Of a DNA stretch of 34,414 nt, positions 23,013-32,740 are shown piece by piece (positions within the stretch are counted from its first letter, which is position 1; each line of letters starts with the position of its first letter). Origin of the DNA: a virus; the IMG/VR virus record IMGVR_UViG_3300045988_042009; one strand, given 5' to 3'. The notes under the pieces were generated by a model. That model had not been told where the DNA came from. It ran no database searches and was given only the letters and a program-made list of their open reading frames with translations. The position numbers were made by a program, and so were the translations under genes.

Positions 23013-23297
23013 ATGTCAAAATCAATTAAAGGTACGACTACATCAGGTTTTTCGTTTGAAATTTCAAGTGAACGTTTAAGCAACTATGAACTAGTAGAAG
23101 CAATCGCAGAAGTGGATACGAATCCTCTTGTGTTGCCTAAATTGCTAAAACTTTTACTAGGCGATCAAGCAGATGCTTTGAAAGAGCATGTGCGTGATGA
23201 AAACGGTCTTGTGCCAATGGACAAAATGGGAGAAGCTATTAAAGAAATCTTTGAAGCTCAAAACAAGGTAAAAAAATTGCCCTCCTCGCCAAAATGA
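23013..23297 (+). CDS. Tail assembly chaperone (gpG analogue)
   Basis: 94 aa and acidic. Contains the A7 slippery site near its 3' end. Confidence 0.8.
   Translation: MSKSIKGTTTSGFSFEISSERLSNYELVEAIAEVDTNPLVLPKLLKLLLGDQADALKEHVRDENGLVPMDKMGEAIKEIFEAQNKVKKLPSSPK
23270..23276 (+). promoter_or_regulatory. -1 programmed ribosomal frameshift site A-AAA-AAA
   Basis: The zero frame reads GTA AAA AAA TTG. The -1 frame is open from here (AAA AAA ATT GCC CTC CTC GCC AAA ATG...) into the 23294-23668 ORF, which has no SD of its own. Confidence 0.75.
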
Positions 23298-23668
23298 TAC
23301 AAGCAGATGAAGACGCATTGATTTGCGACCTTGCTGAGGTGTATAACATATACGATTATAGACAGTTGCCTGCTTATCAGGTAGCTGTTTTTTCTTATGG
23401 TCTCAGAGAAGATTCTCGTATTAAGTTAGTGATGTCTGGACAAAGAGTGTCATTTGATACTCTTTTACAAGCCAGCATTTTAGATAGGCTTTCCCTGCTT
23501 ACATGGTTTAAAACCAAAGATGGGCAAAAAGGGAACAATAGACCTGTTTCTATTACGGAGAAATTAACCGCAATAGAAAAAGAAAGCAATGAAATGGTCT
23601 TTATTTCTGGCGAGGAATTTGAAAAAGCGAAAGCAAAAATTTTAAACAAGACTGGAGGTGAGAACTAG
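23294..23668 (+). CDS. Tail assembly chaperone extension (gpT analogue; made as a G-T fusion by -1 frameshift)
   Basis: 124-aa ORF in the -1 frame relative to 23013-23297. Canonical position before the tape measure gene. Confidence 0.75.
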   Translation: MIQADEDALICDLAEVYNIYDYRQLPAYQVAVFSYGLREDSRIKLVMSGQRVSFDTLLQASILDRLSLLTWFKTKDGQKGNNRPVSITEKLTAIEKESNEMVFISGEEFEKAKAKILNKTGGEN

Positions 23669-26600
23669 TGGCAACAGAATTAGGACAAGCTTATGTGCAG
23701 ATTATGCCATCTGCTAAAGGTATTAGTGGAGCGATTCAAAACGCTATTTCACCGGAAGCTAGTGCAGCAGGTAAAAGCGCTGGGTCAACCCTTGGATCTA
23801 CTCTTGTAAAGGCCGTAACGGGTGTTATTGCCGCAGCTGGCATCGGTAAGGCTTTTACTGCAGCTCTGTCAGAGGGGGCAGCTCTTCAACAATCACTTGG
23901 AGGAATCGAAACTCTCTTCAAGGGTTCGGCTGATAAGGTCAAAGCCTATGCAAATGAGGCTTATCGCACTACCGGACTGTCCGCTAATGCTTACATGGAA
24001 AATGTAACTGGCTTCTCTGCCAGTCTCTTGCAGTCTTTGGGTGGAGATACCGAAAAAGCTGCAGATGTGGCTAATATGGCCATGGTGGATATGTCTGATA
24101 ATGCCAACAAAATGGGCACATCTATGGATCGTATTCAGGATGCCTATCAAGGTTTTGCTAAGCAAAACTATACTATGTTAGACAATCTTAAGTTAGGGTA
24201 CGGCGGTACGAAAACCGAGATGGAACGGCTACTTGCGGACGCAGAAAAGCTGACGGGTGTCAAATATGACATTAACAACTTATCTGATGTTTATCAAGCT
24301 ATTCATGCTATTCAAGAAAATCTTGATATTACAGGAACGACGGCAAAAGAAGCTGCTTCTACTTTCAGTGGGTCATTTTCTGCAATGAAAGCTGCTGCTC
24401 AAAATGTTCTGGGGAAATTATCTTTAGGCGAAAGCATCGGTCCCTCTCTAAGAGCTTTGTATGACACAACAAAGGTATTCTTTTTTAACAATTTTATCCC
24501 GATGATTGGAAATATCCTAAAAGGAATACCTCAGATTATTGGTTTTGCTTTAGAAGAAGCTCTAGGAGCAATTTTTGGAGATAGTATAGCTCAAGCGGTG
24601 ATGGAGGAAGTCTATGACTTAGCTGTAAAAATAGGTGGAGTTTTTAGTACGTTTTACGACATGATTTTTGGGTCAATGGGGAAAAATAAAAATATTGACT
24701 TTTTAAAAATGATTGGCTTTGATGAAACGACAGCGACACAAATTGTCAATATTGCTGAGAACATCCGTGTAACCTTTGAAAATATCGGAGCGACTATCGG
24801 TAATATTGCTGGTATTGTCGGAAGTTTTGTTAGGGATTTATTAGGTATTGCTGGTAGCGAAAAAAGTGTAAACGGTGTTGGTGCAGCGTTTGAATCTGTA
24901 ACAGGATTTATTCGTGCGGCATCGGAAAAAATTAAAGAGTTTACTAGCTTTTTAAAAAATAGTCCTGCGTCTTTAGATGCACTAAAAGCTGCAGTCGTTG
25001 GAATAACAATGGCTTTGACAGCTTACAAGGTTGTTACTAGCGTTATTAAAGGAATTGAAGCAGCAAGAAATGGTATTTTAGCAATACAAAATGCTTATAC
25101 ACTTGCGCAATTTGTACGCACAGGAGCACTAACTTCGGCAACAGCTGCGAATGCTGCAGCAACTATGGGAGCTAGTGGAGCTTTTAAAATATTTAATGCT
25201 GTCTTATCCGAAAATCCAATTGGACTTGTGGTAACAGCTATTGCAGCGCTTGTAGCTGGATTAGTTTGGTTCTTCACTCAAACTAAAACTGGACGCAAAA
25301 TTTGGGCAGCTTTTGTTGAGTGGATAAAGCAAGCTTGGCAAGGAATTGCTGACTTTTTTGTTGGTCTTTGGTCTGGTATTACGCAAGGAGCAAGTAATGT
25401 ATGGAATGGTGTAACGGCAATTTGGAACGCAGCTGTTGAGACTATCAAGAATACTTGGAATGGCATTGTTGACTTCTTTACAAATTTGTGGAATGGTATT
25501 CAAACCGCTGCAATCACTGCATGGACAGTTGTCACACAAACAATCATGACAATCGTCCAGCCCTTCATTGACGGCTTTATGAATATTTGGAATGGTATGA
25601 AAGACGGCCTTGCTCAAATGTGGGAAGGTTTAAAAATGGTCTTTCAAGGTGCTTGGGAATTTATTAAGTCAATTGTTCTGGGTGCAGTCTTAGTGATCAT
25701 TGATTTAGTGACTGGAAACTTTACTCAATTACAAGCAGATTTAGGGCTTATATGGGACGGCATTAAAAATGCTGTTAGTCTTGTTTGGGAGGGTATTAAA
25801 ACCTATTTTATAGGCGTAGTAACTGCCATTATTGGTTATGGTATTGCTATGTTTGAAAATTTGTCAAACGCTCTGTCTGCTATTTGGGAATTTATCAAGA
25901 GTGCAGCTTCTTCTGCTTGGACGTGGATTAAAACTACGGTTACAAACTTAATCAACAGTTTAGTTCAGGGAGCACAAAACACATGGAATAATTTCATGAA
26001 CTTCTTATCTAGCCTGTGGAATACAATTACATCTACAGCAGTTGGAGCATGGAATGGTTTAAAAGCGTCTGTCCAAAGTATCATCAATGGGATTGTCCAA
26101 GGTGCACAAAATGCTTGGAATAGCATGGTTCAAAGCGTCTCTAACTTGGTTTCTCAAGTAACGGGTATTTTTAACGGATTGCGAAATATCAATCTGTGGG
26201 ATGCTGGTAGAGCTATTTTAGACGGCTTTCTCGGCGGTTTAAAATCGGCTTGGCAAGGTGTAACGGATTTTGTTGGCGGAATAGCTGGTTGGATTCGTGA
26301 CCACAAAGGACCTATTGAGTATGATAAACGTCTCTTGATTCCAGCTGGTAAAGCTATCATGAACGGTTTGAATGAAGGACTTAAGAATCAATTCAAGAGT
26401 GTCCAATCGACGATCAGCGGCATGGCTGGTGAAATTTATGATAGCTTTGGAACAGTAACATTTGATACCAACTTTTCTGACATCGATAAGGCAAGTGCTC
26501 AACTAACTTTATCAAATAATCGACTAGCTTCTCAATCAAATACAGATTCTAGTCAAGATTATGATTACAAAGACGTAATGGATATTTTAGCTAAATTAGC

Positions 26601-26730
26601 TAATCGACCTACTGTAGTATTGGTTCAAGCCAACAAGCAAGAAATTGCTAAAATCTACGCTGAACCAGTTGCAGAAGAACAGGCAAAACGACAAGCAATT
26701 CTAAATGCTGTCGATGGATTGGGGTGGTAA
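23668..26730 (+). CDS. Tape measure protein
   Basis: 1020 aa. GTG start after GGAGGTGA. Central hydrophobic segments and many degenerate W-x-G-I/W-N-G repeats. Confidence 0.9.
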   Translation: MATELGQAYVQIMPSAKGISGAIQNAISPEASAAGKSAGSTLGSTLVKAVTGVIAAAGIGKAFTAALSEGAALQQSLGGIETLFKGSADKVKAYANEAYRTTGLSANAYMENVTGFSASLLQSLGGDTEKAADVANMAMVDMSDNANKMGTSMDRIQDAYQGFAKQNYTMLDNLKLGYGGTKTEMERLLADAEKLTGVKYDINNLSDVYQAIHAIQENLDITGTTAKEAASTFSGSFSAMKAAAQNVLGKLSLGESIGPSLRALYDTTKVFFFNNFIPMIGNILKGIPQIIGFALEEALGAIFGDSIAQAVMEEVYDLAVKIGGVFSTFYDMIFGSMGKNKNIDFLKMIGFDETTATQIVNIAENIRVTFENIGATIGNIAGIVGSFVRDLLGIAGSEKSVNGVGAAFESVTGFIRAASEKIKEFTSFLKNSPASLDALKAAVVGITMALTAYKVVTSVIKGIEAARNGILAIQNAYTLAQFVRTGALTSATAANAAATMGASGAFKIFNAVLSENPIGLVVTAIAALVAGLVWFFTQTKTGRKIWAAFVEWIKQAWQGIADFFVGLWSGITQGASNVWNGVTAIWNAAVETIKNTWNGIVDFFTNLWNGIQTAAITAWTVVTQTIMTIVQPFIDGFMNIWNGMKDGLAQMWEGLKMVFQGAWEFIKSIVLGAVLVIIDLVTGNFTQLQADLGLIWDGIKNAVSLVWEGIKTYFIGVVTAIIGYGIAMFENLSNALSAIWEFIKSAASSAWTWIKTTVTNLINSLVQGAQNTWNNFMNFLSSLWNTITSTAVGAWNGLKASVQSIINGIVQGAQNAWNSMVQSVSNLVSQVTGIFNGLRNINLWDAGRAILDGFLGGLKSAWQGVTDFVGGIAGWIRDHKGPIEYDKRLLIPAGKAIMNGLNEGLKNQFKSVQSTISGMAGEIYDSFGTVTFDTNFSDIDKASAQLTLSNNRLASQSNTDSSQDYDYKDVMDILAKLANRPTVVLVQANKQEIAKIYAEPVAEEQAKRQAILNAVDGLGW

Positions 26731-28243
26731 ATTGGTAAAAGTAACTTTTAATGGTGTAGAGCTAACAAAATGGATTACTGTTTTGGACGGCTTTACACTT
26801 CTTGACGGCGCAGACTATGAACCGATATTCCGAGATTACGAAACAATAGACGGTTCTGAATATGTTTACTCTCGCAAGAAAAGTAAAAAGATTTCGGTAC
26901 CTTTTTATGTCAAGTACGAGTCTATGGACAACCACGATGACCTGCAGAAGGTTCTCAACGTAAGCGAACCCAAAGAATTAACATTTAGTATTGCGCCGGA
27001 TCGCGTTTTCTATGCTATTCCAACAGGAAATTTGGACTTTAAAGAAATCAAATTAAATGGCAAAGGTACTATTACTTTTGTTATTTCGGACGGTCTAGCC
27101 CATGCTAAGAATCCGGAATATTTTGAGTTCAAGAAGAACGCGCAAGGTGTGCTAGAAGCTGAAATTATAAATAATGGTAGCGCAGAGATTCCGGTCAACT
27201 ACCGAATCAAGCTCAAACATGAATCGGGCTATGTTGGCATTGTCAGCCAATATGGCGCTATGCAGTTTGGAAAAATCGAGGAAGCAGATTTAGTGGAAGA
27301 AAAGAAAAATGTCCTCTTGGCCGCAAACGGCAAAGGGGACTTTAACAACTGGACAGACGGCTCTATTTTTCACGAAAATCAAAATAAGAAAGCGGTCACG
27401 ACAATGTCTGCTGATTCTTCTTTTGGCGGACGTTTGGGATTGCTACCTGCTAATTTTACAAATACAGCTAACGGGGCGTATTTTGGAGCGGTTAAGGAGC
27501 TAAAGCTCTCTGAACAAGCAAAAGATTGGTATATCTGGGCTCGTGCTTGGTTTGAAACAGGCTTAGTTAGTCAGACAGGAGCTTGGTGTTTGTCGGTAGT
27601 AGATAGTGAGAATAAGTTTATCGCTGGTATGGCCATTGAAAAAAGTGAACGAGCACGAAATAAGGCACTCGTTCTTTTTCTCATGGGTGATGGTGCTGGC
27701 GGTAGTCGAGTTGTCAAATCCATCGAATTCACACCGAGCGTTTGGGTAAAAGATAATCCTTATAGCTCGGAAGGCCGAGACCAGAATCGGAACATGTTTG
27801 ATTTGCGGAAACAAGGAGATAAAGTCACCTACTTTTGGTATGGTGGTTATCATCCTTTCTTTGAATCCAGAATCAAGGATAAGCAAGCTGCCAAAGTGCA
27901 GTTTTTTGTCGGTCAGTATAAAGGTGGCAACTCAACTATCAATCAGTTAGTTACGCACCATTATCTAAATGATTTCTCCTTTTATAAATTAAACGTGCCA
28001 TTCTGGCGTGATGTCCCTAACCGCTATCCGACAGGAGCAGAACTTTTTATTGATGCAACAGGAGAAGTAAACCCAGAAGAAAAGGGGCGCTTGTATGTCA
28101 ATAACTTGTTAGCTCCTGACGACGAAATATTGGGAACGGACTACTTTAAAGTGCCGCCCGGCAAAACAAAAGTACAGTTGCTTGTGTCTAGTTTTGCGGA
28201 AGTAGAGAGCGCACGAGCAGAAATTGAGGAGGCTTGGATTTGA
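26705..28243 (+). CDS. Distal tail protein (Dit), enlarged form
   Basis: The N-terminus VKVTFNGVELTKWITVLDGF is typical of siphovirus tail components. Its length of about 500 aa compares with about 250 aa for minimal Dits. The start is uncertain (ATG 26705 or 26714, or TTG 26732). Confidence 0.75.
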   Translation: MLSMDWGGKLVKVTFNGVELTKWITVLDGFTLLDGADYEPIFRDYETIDGSEYVYSRKKSKKISVPFYVKYESMDNHDDLQKVLNVSEPKELTFSIAPDRVFYAIPTGNLDFKEIKLNGKGTITFVISDGLAHAKNPEYFEFKKNAQGVLEAEIINNGSAEIPVNYRIKLKHESGYVGIVSQYGAMQFGKIEEADLVEEKKNVLLAANGKGDFNNWTDGSIFHENQNKKAVTTMSADSSFGGRLGLLPANFTNTANGAYFGAVKELKLSEQAKDWYIWARAWFETGLVSQTGAWCLSVVDSENKFIAGMAIEKSERARNKALVLFLMGDGAGGSRVVKSIEFTPSVWVKDNPYSSEGRDQNRNMFDLRKQGDKVTYFWYGGYHPFFESRIKDKQAAKVQFFVGQYKGGNSTINQLVTHHYLNDFSFYKLNVPFWRDVPNRYPTGAELFIDATGEVNPEEKGRLYVNNLLAPDDEILGTDYFKVPPGKTKVQLLVSSFAEVESARAEIEEAWI

Positions 28244-31200
28244 GTAAAAGAAATGTACGAATTGCCATCCGTGATACAACCGACAGCCATAATGTCGGTT
28301 TTTTTGATAATAAGAGTGGTATCAAATATAACTCCGCCAATCTAACGCAGTTTTTAAAAGGCGCTTGTAGTGTCCTTGTGCTGACTTATCACTCAAAGAA
28401 AATGATTGCTCAAAGTGGACAAAAGTTAGCTTTTCGATTTAAAGATAAGGACTTTTGGCTGAATATTAACAGCGTCAAGAAAACGGGCTATAAGATTGAG
28501 TTAACAGCTTACTCATTGAGTTTGGAAGCGAACAAAGAAAAGCGTGGCCCACACAAACCAGCCAATGCCATGACCATTAAGCAGTACATCGATTACTACG
28601 ACCCTGAACACTCATTTGAGATTGGAATCAACGAAGTAGCAGACAAGTCTATCAAGCTAGAGTGGAGCGGAACAGACACGATTCTAGCTCGGCTCTATTC
28701 GGTCGCCAATAGTTTTGGCGCAGAGTTGGAATTTGTCACAGAGCTAAATGATGATTACTCGCTGAAACGTCATGTGGTTAATATTTACCGCGAGGGGAAT
28801 CTCGGCAAAGACAAGACGGGTATGCCAGTTCGTGTGGGTGAAAAGCTGAAAGTCATCAATTACTCGGACAGCATGGATGACTTTTATACCGGGATTCGTC
28901 GTACTGGTAAAGACGGTCTGACGATTGCTGGGCTAAATAAAAAAATCTATGACGACAAGGGAAATTTACTCTTTTACAGTAGCGGTGATACACTCTACGC
29001 ACCGCAGGCAAGAGATAAATACCCGTCTATTGCTCGAAAGACGAATGACGGGTATATCGTCAACGAAGATAGCGAAACTGAACACGCAAATAAAGAAGCG
29101 CTGTTTGGTTACATGCTGTCTGAACTCAAAAAGCACTGTGAATTAAAAGTAGATTATGAAGTAGAGGGCGCAGTAGATGGTAGCATCGGTGACAGAAAGA
29201 CGCTGATTGATGCACGGCACTTTGACCCTCCGCTTTACGTACAAGCACGCATTAGCGAACAGACAGAAGCTCTCCTAGAGACAAGCGATGTCAAAACCAC
29301 CTTATCAAACTATGTCCGCAAGTCGAGTCAGATTGCCAACGAGCTATTGCAAAGAGTGGAGCAACTGACACTTGAAGCAACGCCCTACACAATTAAACTT
29401 GCGACCAACAATGGGATTGTCTTTAAAAACAATCGAGGACAATCAACAATCTATCCGAGCTTAAAGAGAGGGCAGAAGCCAGTTGAGTGTACGTGGAAAT
29501 GGTTAGTTGATAACCAAGGCTTTGGCACATCTCCAACTTTTGAAGTTCAGGCGGCTGGCATGTCCAGTAAGCTAGTGTTGACAGCTATTGCCTTGATTGA
29601 TGGAAAAGAGGTTGCTAGAGAGCAAGTTACTTTTACCAACGTCAATGACGGTGCGAAAGGTTCTGACGGAAAATCTATCACGGTTGCTAAAGCAGAAAAG
29701 CAATCGGATGGTGTGAAAGTCACCTTTAGCGATAATAAGTCTATTGTCGTACCAAAAGGTGATAAAGGGGACAAAGGAGACCCTGCAGATCCAGTCCCTC
29801 TCAATGCTTTGCAAGAGGAAATGAAGCAGACCAAGCAAGGGTTGAGCGATGTTAAAACAGACCTGCTCAAAGAAAAGGCGGAAAGCTCCGCTAATATTGA
29901 GCGAGTGAAAAAAGAAGTCGGTGCTATCAGCTCCCAACAAACTGCTTACGAGCAATCCAATACAGAAAATCTCGCTCGGATTACTGGCCAGCTTGGAGAT
30001 AAAGCTAGCAAGTCTGAGATCAAACAAACTGCAGACGGAATCCGAGAGGAGATGAGCCAACTATCTAAAAATGCTGACGAGAAAATATCTGCTGCTAAAA
30101 CCACGTTTGAAAAAACTGCGGAAGGTCTCAAAACAGACATGGTAGCCGTCAAGTCCTACGTGGCGAATGATGGTAAGCGCAGGGAGGAGTTGGAGCAGTA
30201 CAGCCGAGAAGAGACAGCTAAGCAGATTGCATCTGAACGAAGCGCAGTAGCTCAAAACTACGTGGGCAAAAGCCAGTATACCGAAGACGTTAAAGGCGTA
30301 AATCGACGTTTTGAGGAGTTGCGGACAGGAACTAGTAACTTACTCTTAAATACAGAGTTTAAGACGCTTGCAGACGTTAATAATGTAAATGGTGCTACGT
30401 TAAAACTCAATCAAAATGACTATAACAGTCACAACTCAATTGAGGTCACTGTGACTGGTCAAAACAAAAACGTGTGGAAGGGAATCACCTTAAATGCAAG
30501 CGTTAGCGCATTCAAAAAAGGCGACACAATCGCTGTCAGAATGCCTATTTACATTTTTTCTGACGTTCCTATAAATGCAGGCTTAACGCTTGTATTAAAA
30601 AACCGCTCTAAAAATATAGCTTATGTTTTTAAAGGCTTGGGAGGCTTACCTCGAAACAAATGGCACATTGTTGAATTACTGCACACGTTTAATAGTGACG
30701 CTAATTTTGAAGGCGTGAATTTCTTTTATTTGTATGCAACGCAAAACGGACACTACAAGATAGCAGAGCCGTCACTCACATTATCAAACGTAATTCCGTC
30801 AAGTTGGGCGCCAGCAGTCGAGGATAGCAAGAATTATACCGACACCAAGCTCGCCGAGTACAAGCAAGGCGTGGACGGTCAGTTTGCGGCTGTTAAGCAA
30901 GAGGTCGGAAGCAAGGTCTCGCAAGCCACATTTGACCAGCGGGCGAATCAGATTACACAATCTGTGCAGGAACTGAACAATAATACCGTCAAGAAGAACC
31001 AAATCAAAATTGACGAAAACGGTTTGGTCTCTAGCTCTGAGAAAATAGTAAACGGTCAAACGCTGGCCAGCATGATTTCGCAAAATCCTGAATGGGTGGA
31101 AATCATCGCTAAGCTGTTAAAGATTAAGGCTGACATGATTGTCAATGGAGCAATCACAGCTGATAAGTTGAACGTTGAAAAATTGGGTGCGCTCGCTTCG

Positions 31201-31878
31201 GATTTGGGAAAAATCACAGCAGGAGAAATTGAATTTACTACTCGTTTTAGGAATTCCCCAAGTCATGATGTTTGGGGGACAGTTCCGGGAGAGTATAACT
31301 ATGATGCAACTGTACTGATAAATAGCGGTGGTATTTATTCAAATGGCAAGATTGGTCGAAAAAATGAAGAAGATAAGACACCAACAATCACACCTGTTTC
31401 GTATTTTAAAAACGGTGAATTGTTTTTTGCAAATCTCGAAGCTGGACATTCTCTTAAATATATGCAGATAAACGGGATTCATCCTTTTATCCAAGGCGGT
31501 TCCTCCCTTATGTATTTTGGCAAAAAGGAAGACGGGAAAGATGCGTTATACATAACTTGTCATAATGCTGAACTTTATCTAAAATCAGACAATTACACAG
31601 ATTGGAAACAATCAGCCTTTAATTCGGGTGTTCGATGGAAAGTGCAAGGTAATCTTATATTAGTCGATTATGACGTTACTTTTAACAAGGACGGAAATCA
31701 AGCCATTTGTGGCGTCCCTCAAGAATATGTTGCAGGCGCTCGAATGTTTGTTGTGAAAGCGTGGAGTTTGAACAAAGATAAAGATAGGACTGCTCAGTTA
31801 AATGCTGATGGAAGTTTGTATATTCTGGGTGCTGAAAAGGGTATGAATTACCGAGGTCAAATTATTTGGGCTTATTAA
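28240..31878 (+). CDS. Tail-associated lysin / tail fibre (Tal) with C-terminal receptor-binding region
   Basis: About 1212 aa. TTG 28240 lies 7 nt after GAGGAGG. N-terminal Tal-like domain, central coiled-coil (aa about 520-700), and a beta-rich C-terminus. Confidence 0.8.
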   Translation: MSKRNVRIAIRDTTDSHNVGFFDNKSGIKYNSANLTQFLKGACSVLVLTYHSKKMIAQSGQKLAFRFKDKDFWLNINSVKKTGYKIELTAYSLSLEANKEKRGPHKPANAMTIKQYIDYYDPEHSFEIGINEVADKSIKLEWSGTDTILARLYSVANSFGAELEFVTELNDDYSLKRHVVNIYREGNLGKDKTGMPVRVGEKLKVINYSDSMDDFYTGIRRTGKDGLTIAGLNKKIYDDKGNLLFYSSGDTLYAPQARDKYPSIARKTNDGYIVNEDSETEHANKEALFGYMLSELKKHCELKVDYEVEGAVDGSIGDRKTLIDARHFDPPLYVQARISEQTEALLETSDVKTTLSNYVRKSSQIANELLQRVEQLTLEATPYTIKLATNNGIVFKNNRGQSTIYPSLKRGQKPVECTWKWLVDNQGFGTSPTFEVQAAGMSSKLVLTAIALIDGKEVAREQVTFTNVNDGAKGSDGKSITVAKAEKQSDGVKVTFSDNKSIVVPKGDKGDKGDPADPVPLNALQEEMKQTKQGLSDVKTDLLKEKAESSANIERVKKEVGAISSQQTAYEQSNTENLARITGQLGDKASKSEIKQTADGIREEMSQLSKNADEKISAAKTTFEKTAEGLKTDMVAVKSYVANDGKRREELEQYSREETAKQIASERSAVAQNYVGKSQYTEDVKGVNRRFEELRTGTSNLLLNTEFKTLADVNNVNGATLKLNQNDYNSHNSIEVTVTGQNKNVWKGITLNASVSAFKKGDTIAVRMPIYIFSDVPINAGLTLVLKNRSKNIAYVFKGLGGLPRNKWHIVELLHTFNSDANFEGVNFFYLYATQNGHYKIAEPSLTLSNVIPSSWAPAVEDSKNYTDTKLAEYKQGVDGQFAAVKQEVGSKVSQATFDQRANQITQSVQELNNNTVKKNQIKIDENGLVSSSEKIVNGQTLASMISQNPEWVEIIAKLLKIKADMIVNGAITADKLNVEKLGALASDLGKITAGEIEFTTRFRNSPSHDVWGTVPGEYNYDATVLINSGGIYSNGKIGRKNEEDKTPTITPVSYFKNGELFFANLEAGHSLKYMQINGIHPFIQGGSSLMYFGKKEDGKDALYITCHNAELYLKSDNYTDWKQSAFNSGVRWKVQGNLILVDYDVTFNKDGNQAICGVPQEYVAGARMFVVKAWSLNKDKDRTAQLNADGSLYILGAEKGMNYRGQIIWAY

Positions 31879-31896
31879 AAATAAAGGAGAAAAAAT

Positions 31897-32220
31897 ATGG
31901 CAGAATTACTTGATGTTGAAACAGTTACAGAGCCGTTTGATTTGCAGACAGCTCTTAGATATATGGACGAAAACGGTGAGTTTATTCGTTTTAAAAATGA
32001 TACGGATGACTACTACATTTATAAGGAAACACAAAAGCGTCCTGCAATTGTAGGTGGTAAGCGTAAGTTGGTAGAAGTTCCGCTTGTGTGGGCGTTTGAC
32101 CGCTACAATAATTCCATTACGACTTTTCGCTTTACAAATATGTTTGATAAAGCATTTTACATTATGAAATTTGACGAAGCGGGTGAACCAATCTGGGATG
32201 CTCCTACTAAGAAGGAGTAG
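31897..32220 (+). CDS. Hypothetical protein between the tail and lysis modules
   Basis: 107 aa. AAGGAG SD. Confidence 0.6.
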   Translation: MAELLDVETVTEPFDLQTALRYMDENGEFIRFKNDTDDYYIYKETQKRPAIVGGKRKLVEVPLVWAFDRYNNSITTFRFTNMFDKAFYIMKFDEAGEPIWDAPTKKE

Positions 32221-32223
32221 TAT

Positions 32224-32454
32224 ATGGCACCAGACGTCATAAATGCGGTCGTGACAATTAGCGCTTCGTTGATTGGCACATTCGGCGGGATTATTACTAG
32301 TGCTAAGATAACTACTTTTCGGATTCAGGAATTAGAAAAGAAAGTGGAAAAGCACAATAGTGTGGTAGAGAGAACCTATCGCTTAGAAGAAAGAACAAAC
32401 TATCTTGACGAGCAAATCGACAAGCTAGAAAGCAAAATTGAAAAGGAGAAATAA
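32224..32454 (+). CDS. Small N-terminally anchored coiled-coil membrane protein (lysis accessory / holin-like)
   Basis: 76 aa. TM segment INAVVTISASLIGTFGGIITSA followed by a coiled-coil tail. Confidence 0.55.
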   Translation: MAPDVINAVVTISASLIGTFGGIITSAKITTFRIQELEKKVEKHNSVVERTYRLEERTNYLDEQIDKLESKIEKEK

Positions 32455-32455
32455 G

Positions 32456-32740
32456 ATGCAACAAATTTTAATTACAGCGGGCATTGTTGCCCCAATCATT
32501 TCAGCAATCATAAATGTTGTTAAGACACAATTTAAACTAGACGGAAAGCAAGTATCTGCACTAGCTCTGGGTTTAGGCATTATTGTAGGGATTGCATACG
32601 CTGCAACCATTGTGCATGGTGATTATGCTGCGTATGGTTGGGGCGGGCTAATTGCCGGCTTATCTGCTATCGGCTATTACGAATTGGCTTTTAAAAATAA
32701 AAAAGGAGACACAGCGGATGACACAGAAAAAGAAAATTAA
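32456..32740 (+). CDS. Holin
   Basis: 94 aa from ATG 32456, 7 nt after AAGGAG. Has 2-3 TM helices and a charged C-terminal tail ([13 protein letters not shown]). Overlaps the endolysin start. Confidence 0.75.
   Translation: MQQILITAGIVAPIISAIINVVKTQFKLDGKQVSALALGLGIIVGIAYAATIVHGDYAAYGWGGLIAGLSAIGYYELAFKNKKGDTADDTEKEN

Noticed and set aside
29758-29793. Collagen-like repeat (GDKGDKGDP) in the tail fibre
   Set aside because: There are only three G-X-Y triplets, too short to claim a collagen triple helix. It is probably just a flexible linker.
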